From: Bugula neritina
Lineage: Eukaryota; Animalia; Bryozoa
Assembly: GCA_964035545.1 (NCBI GenBank)
Contig: OZ037772.1
Location: forward strand, 6,804,889-6,868,888
DNA length: 64,000 nucleotides
Reading direction: 5' to 3'
This document shows positions 1 through 11,804 of this stretch, piece after piece. Position 1 is the stretch's first letter; every line of letters starts with the position of its first letter. The notes beneath the pieces were generated by a model. It saw nothing but the letters and a program-made list of their open reading frames with translations. It did not search any database and had not been told where the DNA came from. The position numbers and the translations under genes are program-made.

Positions 1-3000
1 CATGTATTCTGTTTGAGTTGTATTCAAGGACATTACAGCAAACATAGAACTGTGACATGCCCTGCTTGTGGGTGAGTAGAAACTATTCAACGTATACTAG
101 AATGATATTTCCTAAGTTTGTCCAAACAATTATTTTATATTTTCTAAAGCCTTCTGAAGCTATTGTAGATGTGCTAGATACTTTGCAAGCTCATCTTGAG
201 TAATAATAGTTATATGCAGTGTCATCTCAAAACATGTAATGCAGTAAAAGCTATACCAATAATGGTGGTTTTATAATGCTTTTCATATTTATTGTTATTA
301 AAAAAAAAAAATTCATTTTTAAAGCCCTGCTGATAGCAATAATTTCTATAATTTTATTGCTGATGGTGGTCATGTATTCAAATCCAGCCTAGGAGTCGTT
401 TGTATATTATTTTTGAAATTGTTCACATATTGAATGTCATGTTGTATGTTATACTGGAAGCATCATGGGCTATAATGAAATTATTACAGACAAGTGTATG
501 GCTCACTGAAGTTTGAAGAATTACCTAAGGTTGCCATAGCAACTGGTCAATCTAGTACTCTGTACTGTACAGCTCATGGATGTCAAGGTCAAATAGCTAC
601 ATGTTACTGTGTAAAGTGTGAAGTTATGTTCTGTACTCAACATCAACAGGTATGTTATACCTCAACCACTGCATCTCCAAATTCCAAGGCCAGGAATCAG
701 TACAGTATTGTGTTACTTGTAAATATCTGTTTTGTTTTTAACATCAACAGGTAAAATGATGCACGCGCAAATTTATAGTAAATTTCTTAGATGTTACACT
801 CCAAAGCTATACACATGTACACACACACGCACACATACACGCATACACACGCACAAATGCGCACACAGGGGCCCCGAAATGCACACACACGCACACACAT
901 GCGCACACACACGTTCACACACACATACACATACATATGCACACACACATACACACTTACACGGTTGAACACTTACACACACACACCCACACCTAGTATA
1001 TGAATTATACACGATTGCTACACACATGCACACACACATGCACACACACATGCACACACACTCATGCAGACATACAAATGCCCAAAGGCATGTATGTGGA
1101 GACATTTGTGTGTGAGTGCAAGTATATGTATATGTGTATTTGCATGTGCAAGTGTGTCTCAACTTTCTTTTACATTGTTTTATTTTCAAACTTTTGGATA
1201 CTGCTTCAAATAAAAATATTGGAGTTATATAGTTATCTATTTATGTTAGATTCAAACAAAATATGTTTTTAATTTTAGGCACACAAAGCAATGTATGGTG
1301 AGTTTCACAAGGTAGTGGACATTGATGTCTACAAGAGATCACCTGCCAGCTACAATAAACCAACATGTGAACATCATCAAGAGGTTCTGGTGAGAGCTTG
1401 TAAGAAATGTGACAAACTGATCTGCTTTGAGTGTGAGATTGATGGCTATGACTGCACAGGTATGTAAAATAGTGTTCACATATATAACCGAAAAGTAAAA
1501 TTGAAAGTATTGCTTCATGGTTGCAATACAGAGTACAATTTCACCTAATAAAACTAACAAAATTGCTATATTATAGTTTTTGCAGTTTATCTAAATAATA
1601 TAAAATCATTATAAAAATAAAGTTGCAAGATTTTTTGTCATCTACTGATCTGTAGATGAACATTAGGTGTGTATTTTAGCTAAAAACAAATTGTGTTAGC
1701 AATGCAGTGTATCTTTTGATTTAACAGTCATTTTGTGCCAACTTTCTATGAGCTCAGCAGTAGTTGTGTAGATTTACAAGACTATTTGACAATAAGGTTT
1801 AATAAGGTTTAATAAGCCCTTTAGCCAAACTGATCTTTAATAATTTATTTTACAGTTATACTTAAATGAATAATCGATTACTTGATGTTTGCAAGTGAGT
1901 GATGGAAATTTATACTAGACAATTTCCTTTTACGTTTTACATGATGTCAAAAATACTAAAAATGGAAAGGCAGTATATATAGGGTGATGGGTTTTATTTG
2001 CTGTTTCTATGTAAATTTTGGCATTCAGTTTCTGATTGATTACTACATTCAGCATTATATTTCTTTTTGTAGATCAAGAGAGACATGATTTTAAGTCTCT
2101 CACATCACTGAAAGAAGAGGTAAACACCTACTTTTCTACTCAGATGCAAGTAATTGCTGAAAAGATTACCAAGATAAGTTGTTTGGACAAGAAAGTTTGG
2201 AATGATCTTGACGATCAAGAACAGAAGTGTTCAGATGTTATAAGAGAGATAGAGACAGTTAGAGATGAGATGGTGAGTGGTTAGTTATAGTTTCTTTTTG
2301 TGATGCATTTTTAAAACACCAAATTTTTTGAAAGTGTACGTATCCTCAAATGATTTAACTTCAAAAAAAAATTAGGTCAACATTAACAATGTATAATGAA
2401 TTTAATATCGCTATCTTGCGTATTTATATATATTCTCATTAGGTCTTTAAAATCCGTAATAGCTAAATACAACTTCACACAAGTTTGACTTACTAAACAA
2501 AGTGATAATAAATTATTTGTAATAGTATACTCTGCATCTTTTTAATATATAACAAATAATGTTGATATGTTCTTGAAAATTGATTACCATGATACTATAT
2601 TCTAAAATTAGACAGCAACACTTATAAAATACAGGAATAAATGCTTCATACATGTACTAGAATGCAGAATTCATTTGTGACAACTAAGAAACTATTCATT
2701 GTTAGTCAATAAACTAAAATGAAAGTTTTGTGGTTGTATACAAAAGTATTTTCAGTGAACTCAAAGCAAACTTTTCTCAATAAACTCTCAGTTAGAAACT
2801 AATCCAGAAATGTAAAAATTCAAATTGAACGTTTTTGCATTTTTGCTAAATATTTTCAAATCAGACAGGAAGGCATGTGTAAATATTAAAATAATTATTT
2901 TTCACTAAATTAAAATTTTCTGCAACTAAAAAGCTTTTCTTTGAACTAAGTTTGTCATATATGAAGTCTGAGCTTGAAACAAAGCTGAAAATGTAATTAA

Positions 3001-5360
3001 GTCAAAATGCATTCATATAAAACAATTAAATTGTTTTTTTGAATTCATATTGTTTTGTTCACACAGCAGCAATATTTTAGATAAAAATAATAACCAATGA
3101 GAGTCAAGAGCTGATTGACAGAGTTGCAACCCACAAAGTCAAGGTGACCAATCAGGTGGAAGATTTCTACAACAAGCTGATGCTGAAAAAAGATGGGTTG
3201 GAGAAGACACAAGCTGAGGTCCATCGTCTGCTGAAAGACGGTCATGTGACTGAGAAGATCAGACAGAAGAAGAGAGTAACAGAAGAGATGAACAGACGTG
3301 ATGCAGATAAACTGAATGATTGTGAACTTGCTGATCCACCAACTGTAGTTAATACAGGTTTGTGACATTTTTATTTGAAAATATCTTGGCTATAACAATC
3401 AGAAAACATCTGCCAGTTAGTTGGCTCTCTCAAAATGATGACTTAACAAATATTATTATGGTACATTATAAACGATAAAGTAGTATGTATCTCATATCAC
3501 TACCTACATACAAGTATATGCTGTGAGCAGCAAGCACATTATATATGCTGAAAGATCATAATTATTTCTCAAAGAAGCTGCTAGAGACCTACAACTGTTA
3601 GTCATTACATTCCATGTGTAGCCTCTACTGCATGACAATAACTTTTACTTTAAATCATGTTGATAATTCACTTTGCAGTTTGTTTATTGAAGTTAAAAAA
3701 TTACAGTATCAATAAATTATTATTTTTTCGTTGTATATGACGAGCAGCGTTTTAACTTAATATCTCCTGCCAAACCATTATATGCATTACTATATTATAC
3801 GAAGTGCACACGTGCATGTGCATGTCCGGTATATGCGTATGTACTGCAGTATGTATTTATGTATGTGTTTAAATGTGTGCGTGCGTACGCACACACACAT
3901 TTAAACACATACATAAATACATACTGCAGTACATACGCATATACCTGAAATGCACATTATATGCATGTACACACATAGATTAGACATATGTATATAATCT
4001 TTAATAATTACAAGCATATATAAGCAAAAATGTACAACTTTTGTAGCAATTACATCAGATGATTATCTCATTTTCTTATTTATAGATTTATTCTAACCAT
4101 CATAAAATCAGGAAACATTTTTGAAAAAATAAAATATACTTTCTGATAAAAATTGATTTCTAATAAACATATTAAGTGATTAACACTATTTATCATCTTA
4201 CAGGTCAAAACACAAGTAGACTGTTGAATGTCAGTCTAGTAACAGTTCCTTCTTCACTGACATTCATATCTGAACATAAGACAGATGGTGGGTGTATGGC
4301 AGCTCATTACAGACAAGATGGTGACATACTCATAGGTACTGATAATGGAATGCAGTTACTGAGTAGAGATGGTAATGAGCTGAGTGAATACAGTAGAACT
4401 GTGAAGAGAGTATCAGGAGTGATTGAGACTCCTCAGAATGTCTTTATTCTACACAGAGAAGGTGACATAAATAAGGTAGAGATGTGTTTAGCTGGTGACA
4501 TCACAAAGAGACAACAACTGTTTCAGTTTGATAGAACAAGTAACATTGGACCAGTAATGGCAGTCTCTGACAGGCATGTTGTGGTGAATCATCCAGATAC
4601 TAAACAGCTGATCATCTATGACTTCATCACTAAACAGACAGAGACCATTCATCCTGATGTGTATCCATTTGGTCTACACTTTCTACCAGATGGTCATCTG
4701 CTAGGAGTTGGTGGAGACAAACTGATGAAGTACAAAGTCGAGAAAAGAAAGCTGAATACGGTCTGGACATGTTATGGTGTAACAGAAGGATACAGTGTCT
4801 GTGCAGATTCTAATGGTCTCATCTATGTTTCTGGAATGAGCTTGAAGTTGCTTTACATCATTTCTCCATCAGGTACGGTTGCTTAAGCATTTGTATGCTG
4901 CGAGTAGAAACCTCCAAATATAATTTAAAAGTTTATCAAAAGTGTTAGAAATGTTCAAAAATATTAGCAAGACATATATTGAAATTTCAGAATTACTGTT
5001 TTCTGCTGTATAAATTTACTGTCTCTATAATATAGTCACATTGCTGAAATCAAATTTTGTGCATGCACACAATTCACAAACCTTGTCTATAAATTATGAA
5101 GTAAGTTGAGTGCATTTTCCATATATTCTTTTATAAACCTTCCAGTTTACTTTGTTCCCATTGCAGTGTATATTTGTATTTATTAAACAGGTGTTATTCT
5201 CAAGACACTGACTCACGATAAGTTACCATTTAATTTCTTTGGAGCACCGAGTATCAGAGATGGAATACTGGCTGTACCTGGTTGGGATGAGAAGAAAGTG
5301 TGTCTTTTCAAAATAGAAACTGAAATAATGAGTCAAGCAAATGTTAAACTTGATTGTTAA
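1..5360 (+). CDS. TRIM gene A (5'-partial): RING / B-box / B-box / coiled coil / NHL-like beta-propeller. Coding exons <1-71, 490-649, 1279-1459, 2073-2272, 3081-3357, 4204-4872, 5191-5360
   Basis: All introns are GT-AG and phases join into one open frame. RING tail HVFCLSCIQGHYSKHRTVTCPAC; B-box1 CTAHGC..CYCVKC..FCTQH..H; B-box2 CEHH..CKKCDKLICFEC; helical exons 4-5; propeller-like blades (HYRQDGDILIGT, LHFLPDGHLLGV, VCADSNGLIYVS). Exon lengths match gene B and the available exons of gene C. Confidence 0.92.
685..750 (+). pseudogene. Dead duplicate of the 3' half of coding exon 2 (B-box1) in gene A intron 2
   Basis: Translates QGQESVQYCVTCKYLFCF*HQQ|gtaaaa, versus gene C exon 2 QEQAAVRYCVTCKYRFCFQHQQ|gtaaaa; CAA>TAA stop. 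Confidence 0.85.
805..1160. repeat. Degenerate (CA)n tract followed by a shorter (TG)n-rich tract in gene A intron 2
   Basis: Directly visible; source of the spurious HT/VC-rich ORFs. Confidence 0.9.
3816..3957. repeat. 142-bp near-perfect palindrome with no loop, in gene A intron 5
   Basis: Centre ...gtgcgt|acgcac... at 3886/3887; the arms are reverse complements with about 3 mismatches. Confidence 0.92.
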
Positions 5361-6940
5361 TACGTTGATTTTCCTATATTTTCATTCAAATTGTTTAAAA
5401 TATGCATTTGATAGCTTAAGTAATCTTTTTACAACTATATATACCCCCCCTGATGGATTTGGCATTTCACATTCCATATTGGCTTTTTAAACATCCACAG
5501 AAACCATTTTTGAATATGTTCCTTACCAATAGCACATAATATGTCATTGTTGTACTGATAATCACACATTCAATCATATCTAAGTAATTACGTTTGTGAG
5601 ATTGCTTTTCATAGTTAGTTGAGTATAATCAGAGTGCAGTTACTAGAACAATTATTTCTGTAATACATCATGTTTGCATATATTTTATTATATTACTATA
5701 CGAATATACTAAAGTTGCTTGTTTAGCATAACCTTGAAGCATGTATGATACACACATTATATCATATGATTATTAATAAAGAAAAAATACTATCATGCTA
5801 TATAGCAGTCTGTTTTCAAACTAAGTTGAAAATCTTTTCACAAAACACTGTTTAAACACTTATAATATAATGAAATTAATTAAGAAATAAAACACACAAG
5901 TTCAAAGCTAGTTATGTGGCCATTAATGATGTTCACTGAACTAGCTAAGACTATAGTAAGTGTTTGCAAAAAGTTCTTGTCTAGCTAGTATAAATAAAAT
6001 GTTTGCTTATTTCTATTGCGATTTTCAAATAATAAATTTACAAAAAAAAAGGAAGCTTTTCTATATACATATAACTATTTAAACATGGAATACTAACTGT
6101 TTTATAATCTGTATTCTATATAATGCGACTGCATATAACAACTGAATTCTTCACCAATAAATATTTAACAATCAAGACTGGCATAGGAGTTTTTTAAACA
6201 ATAACTTCAAGCAGTAAAAAGTGGCAGGTTACTAAGATGGAATAATACAGTAAGATGCTATTTAGGACATTTCACACACAAAACACTCAGTAATTATTAT
6301 TATGCAATGTACAATTGAGTTTATACTTTCCTATCACACTAACTGTGTAATTATAACATGGGAGCATAACTGCTACAACTTTGGAAGTCATATATAACTA
6401 ACAAAAATCAAACTAGTTGACCTGTTTATATTTGATAGTGCTATAGATTATATTACTACACTATCTAGAAAGTTTCTATAACAGATAAAATAAATAAATT
6501 GTGAGACGTTATTGTTGATGACGTCTTTTTCCACACAATCTGCTTACTAGGTCAAAATGAGTTTTTATGGAAAAAGATGCAGTGTACAGTGCACATGATG
6601 GTGTTAAACCATTCCTAAAGAAATTATTATTAAGCAAATAATAGCATATAACAATAGGGTTAAAATGTGGTGTTTTATATTGATCACCATGCACATTCTT
6701 ATTGGATATGCAATATTATTATTAATCACAAGAGATTGGGACCATAAAAAGCTGCTATGATAGAAGTAGTTACTGTTGATCAATAGACAGTTATACATGA
6801 ATAAATAATTATATATAATACAGGCTGAAAGCAGCTAGTATAGCAGCTGAGTTTTGCCAACTATAACAATATACCAATACCTCTCCCATTATCATAATGA
6901 ATGTTATTGAGAAACGATTACAATACAAATAACAGAAAGT
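5361..6940 (+). repeat. 3' UTR and flank of gene A, paralogous to the gene B flank (about 26130-27381 plus 30873-31260)
   Basis: Collinear similarity, e.g. catgatggtgttaaaccattcctaaag at about 6594 and about 30926; the gene B copy is interrupted by the RTE LINE. Confidence 0.85.
5775..5780 (+). terminator. Candidate polyadenylation signal AATAAA of gene A (paralogous site 26573-26578 for gene B)
   Basis: AATAAA at the equivalent position in both aligned 3' UTRs; the AT-rich background lowers specificity. Confidence 0.45.
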
Positions 6941-7517
6941 CTAAGTCTATGTTTTTGGAAAAAGCTTGAAATCCCTTTACATCATTTCTCTATCAGGTGC
7001 TGCATGTTTGTAATAAAATTCATGCAATTTATATGATATATTATGCAGTGAATACATATAAGATATATATAGAAACAAGTGAACGCCTCCTGAATACAAG
7101 AGCTGTTTAATGTAAATTGTATTACATCTATTAGCTTTGTGCAAAACGTAGGTCATATGAATGGATGTAGGTGCAGTAATTGAGAAATTGAGAAAAGCCT
7201 GTGTTCTAGATTGAAAATACGGCAAAAGAAATTATTATATGTTCTAGGCAGAAATCCAACGTGTGCCTCAAACCAAAATTCAATAATAAAGTTAGTAATT
7301 TTGGCTATCTCAATTTCTCCACTGCTGTTCCTTAACGGCCTGAATGATACTAATTTTGTTGAAATCAATATTTATAATACTAAGGCAGGAACTCTGACTC
7401 TAGTGTACTCAGTACTCTTCTATAATATAATATAATGTATCAAGTATGATTAATATTTCTTTTGCTATATTCTAATACCCAGTATCACTGGTGTAATTTC
7501 TTAATTATATTAAACAG

Positions 7518-7652
7518 GTGTTCTTCTCAAGACACTGACTCATGAAAAGTTACCATCTAGTTTCTCCGGAGTACCAACTATCAGAGATGGGATACTGGCT
7601 GCAGCCTGGGTGGGAAGATAAGAAAATCCGCCTTTTCAAAATAGAAACCTAA
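7518..7652 (+). pseudogene. Orphan copy of the terminal TRIM exon with a 1-bp insertion frameshift
   Basis: Intact acceptor ttaaacag|GTGTTCTTCTC; reads GVLLKTLTHEKLPSSFSGVPTIRDGILAA, then an extra base gives AWVGR* (stop 7619-7621); the ancestral frame continues PGWEDKKIRLFKIET*. Confidence 0.88.
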
Positions 7653-9388
7653 ACTAGTTTTTGAATGATTTGATTAGTAATTATTGCTTTTTGGTAATTT
7701 GATTGCTTTAAAAAAGAAGTCACCTGCGTCAGGACACTAAAAATATATGTATGTTATGTAACTTTTGAAATCTTCCACCATTCCAATGAAAAAACATGTT
7801 TATCATCATATAAGTAAACATAGTGTCATTTTTACGTTATATCTTATATTCACGTAGTTCTATCAAATATGCATAGTGTGGTAATAATTGTATGGGCATA
7901 GCCACAAACAGCTGATGGTAGTATTATATCACTAGAAATATGGTAAAGACATTTTTAATACCAAATTAGTTATTCCACATTATGCTGTCGGTCTAGGTCA
8001 ATGTGATGCTTAACTTTTTTCAGCGTTTCCCTGTAATTCGCACTTTAACAATAACTTATGTCCCGATTTACTCTAAATTGTTGTGAAAGTACTATACCTG
8101 TATTATTCGTTTGTATGTTTCATTACCCTGTATTCTCTCAAAATAAAAAAACACTTCAATTATACTGGAAATTATTGCAGCATATCTAAGGTATGACGCA
8201 ACCCATCACAGAGTTAATAAAATATGATTATTCATTACCATATACGAAAAGTAGAATTTGAAGTTGGCTATTGAAATTTGTCAAAAGTACTATACATTAA
8301 AATTAAGGTTTATCTAAATACATAATTGTTTTGTCAGTTTTTCAATTGCTGCTGAATATGCACTGTAGTTCTCATAAACAACTGCATTCATAGGCGACTA
8401 GATTTTTTGCCTAATTGATCTTAAATTATAACTTGTTCATCTAACTCATATGTAGCTAATTCTTCAGGAAGAAATTTAAATAAATTTAGTCCAATTTACA
8501 AAGAAGAGATTTATACTCACATTTTTATTATACAGAGCTTTCACACACATTCCATCCAAAACAATAAAAAACTGTCCCAATGAAACTTTGGTCTGCTTTA
8601 GCAGCTTTGTTGAAAAGATATTAAATTAACTAATATGAGCAGTATATAACTTTAATTTAAATTACACCAATATAATGACTCTAAAGGTTATTTTTTCAAC
8701 AGATGACAACTGTACAGTTACAAGAAAAAATACAGCTGCACAAATAAAATATTAGTCTAAAAATTATTACAGCGTTTAAAACCAAGTCCCCACTCTTCTT
8801 TGTAACATAACATATGATAATAATACTGTAATATCAAACATAGTAATTAAATTATTAGGTTCAAGTAAGACCGCCTTTTAAAAATATGTTGGACAAACAA
8901 GTTCAACAGTATACTTAAACTCTAAAAATATTATAATTACTGAGGCTTGATCTACACAATTAGTTTATTGGGCCGGTGATAGAACCCTCCTTGTGCCACG
9001 AAACTCTCGAAGTTTTCCAATATAATGTTTTAAAAAATCAACCAATGTTAGTTTGGCTAGGGCAGTATTGAGCCAATAAAGTTATTTTAACATGAAAATA
9101 GAATTATTAACAAACAGCATTAAATTTAGTGAAGCTTGCAATTAATCTTCTTTTTAAATTTGTTTTTGAAAATTAGATTATTTTTGGCTCTCAAAAAAGG
9201 CTGGTGATGTATCCTAATAGTTAATTGGTCAAGAGTTATTGTCAATCACAGAGCCATGGCGTTTTGGCATGCTGGCAATTATATAAGGTTGGAGAGCACT
9301 TCATAGGATACTGCACCTATAAACCAGCATTGTAATTTATTGGCTAGCTTAAGCTATAACACAATATTTTTACTTTCTATGTTCAAAG

Positions 9389-9559
9389 AAACAAATGGCT
9401 AATGTAAGAATAACAGTTGGGGAAACTGACACCACCTTTGATGATTCAACAAAAGATGAGATCTGTGACTACCTTCCTGGACAACCACCTGCAGATATAT
9501 TTCTGGTTACATGTCGTACTAGAATGTATGGTAGATATGTGAGAGTAACAGCTGTTGAA
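9389..9559 (+). other. Isolated exon encoding the C-terminal half of an F-type lectin (fucolectin)/discoidin-like domain
   Basis: KQMANVRITVGETDTTFDDSTKDEICDYLPGQPPADIFLVTCRTRMYGRYVRVTAVE fits the family pattern I-x-VG...C...C...GRYV-x-V; bounded by aag| and |gtaaat; 171 nt, open. No convincing partner exons found. Confidence 0.62.
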
Positions 9560-9579
9560 GTAAATCCCATGAACCAAAC

Positions 9580-10130
9580 ATTTATAAGCTATAAGACTTT
9601 GCAAATTTTGCTGGCTTTAAATACCATTAAAACATGTTTATGTTTAATATTGATATTACTATAAAGTGTTCAATTGAGATATAGAAATGTGTATTGATAA
9701 ATTGTTACATACAAATCAATGCAAATGCAAAATTATATAGGCAACTGTAGCTGCAAGATGTTCTACCCATCTATCATGTTGATAAGAGGCATGTGTGTAT
9801 TCAATGGTTATGCTCATAGTAATAATCTTTACATTGGAGATGCTGATAATGTTATGTTTTGCATACTCAGCTTATATGCATATCTAGCCTAAGGGATTTC
9901 TACATTCTATTTTTTTGTAATCAAAGTTAATGTTGTAGTGCATTATATATACCTAGTGATAGGAGCAAAGGCTATAAAGCTGATAAAATGAAACTGCCTG
10001 TTACTCCCCCTGCCCTTTGCTCACTTAACTACCTACTGCTCTAGCACATTCACCTAATAACTGCTGCCTCTCTACACTACTTGCTGCTTCAGTACATTTA
10101 CAATATCATGAGTTTACTCTATAGTCTACT
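9580..10130 (+). promoter_or_regulatory. Upstream duplicate promoter cassette of gene B with the splice donor deleted
   Basis: Tandem copy of about 10530-11165. kB-like GGGATTTCTA 9893-9902, TATAAAG 9973, TAAAATGAAACT 9984-9995, Inr-like TTACTCC with A at 10003 (30 nt after the TATA). Confidence 0.6.
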
Positions 10131-10529
10131 GTATGTTTGAGATATTATTCATTTATTTTGTAATTAAAATGGATTTTGTAATAATGAGGTTATAATTCCT
10201 TTAATAAATCCAATTTTTATATATATTCATGGTAGAAGTAAATGCAATATATACATTTTTGATCTAACAGTAACTGAAAATATTTCACTAGCAATAACAA
10301 ATAGTGTCTAGCACAAAATTAACTGATGATGTTCAAAAACAAATACTATAATTTATGTAGTAAAACTAATAAATTCTTCAACAAACTCTAAAGGTGTATT
10401 TAATTATATCTGGGTACAGTTTAAGTACTATTTGCTAGTGCTTCATTCTGGTGATTGTATTTTTATCAGCTGATTTTTAGTAGAAATTGTAAGTTTGTTA
10501 CAATAAAACAGTAATTTAAATAATATCTG

Positions 10530-11109
10530 AATAGGCTATAAAACTTTGCGAATTTTGCTGGCTTCTATTATCATTACAACATATGTAACTTTATGTTTGA
10601 AATTGAAATAACTAAACTTTTGATTGATATATAAAGATGTGTATTGGCTAATTGTTACATACACATCAATGCAAATGCAAAACTATATAGGCAACTGCAG
10701 CTGTGTACACTGTAGCTGCAACGTGTTCTCCCCATCTATCGTGTTGATAAGAGGCATGTGTGTATGCAATGGTTATGCTGATAGTAATAATCTTTACATT
10801 GGAGATGCTGATAATGTTATTTTATGCATTCTCCCCTTAGATGCATATCTATAGCCTAAGGAACTCCCACATATTATTATTTTGTGATCAAAGTCAATGT
10901 TTTAGTGCATTATAATATTTACCTAGTGATGATAAGAGCAAAGGCTGTAAAACTGATAAAATGAAACTGCCTGTCACTCCCCCTGCCCTTTGCTCACTTA
11001 ACCACTTACTGCTCTAGCACACTCACCTACTAACTACGGCCTCCCTACAATACCTAATACTTCCGTTCAACTACCTACCATAGCAACTGCATCACTGCCT
11101 ATAACAAAG
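10530..11109 (+). promoter_or_regulatory. Putative promoter plus non-coding first exon of gene B (exon about 10976-11109)
   Basis: kB-like AGGAACTCCC 10859-10868, TAAAATGAAACT 10957-10968, strong donor AAAG|gtgagt at 11109/11110. The ATG at 11805 directly follows an acceptor-like tttaag|, and a homologous cassette precedes gene C. Confidence 0.68.
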
Positions 11110-11253
11110 GTGAGTAGAAATCATATTTTATTTACAGTGTCAACAGCTTACTCTGTAGTCTAAATGCAGTTTGAAAATAGTCACTGTGTGTCTGTCTGTG
11201 CTAACATGTATACATGTGGCTTCTGCCTCTCCCTTTCTTTCCCCTTTTACGCT

Positions 11254-11659
<406 letters not shown>

Positions 11660-11804
11660 TATATTGTCTTCTTCCCCCTCTCTCTTTCTCTCTCTTTCTC
11701 TTTATATTGTCTTTCTTTTTCGTTGTGCCTAGCAAATACTGCACACTTCGCTCATAATATTATTTCTTAACATACTAAAACTAGTTTTATGTTAAAACTT
11801 TAAG

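Noticed and set aside
732-1272. HT/VC-rich ORFs (also at 42255-42560 and 44679-45319)
   Set aside because: They are translations of CA/TG microsatellites in intronic or upstream non-coding DNA.
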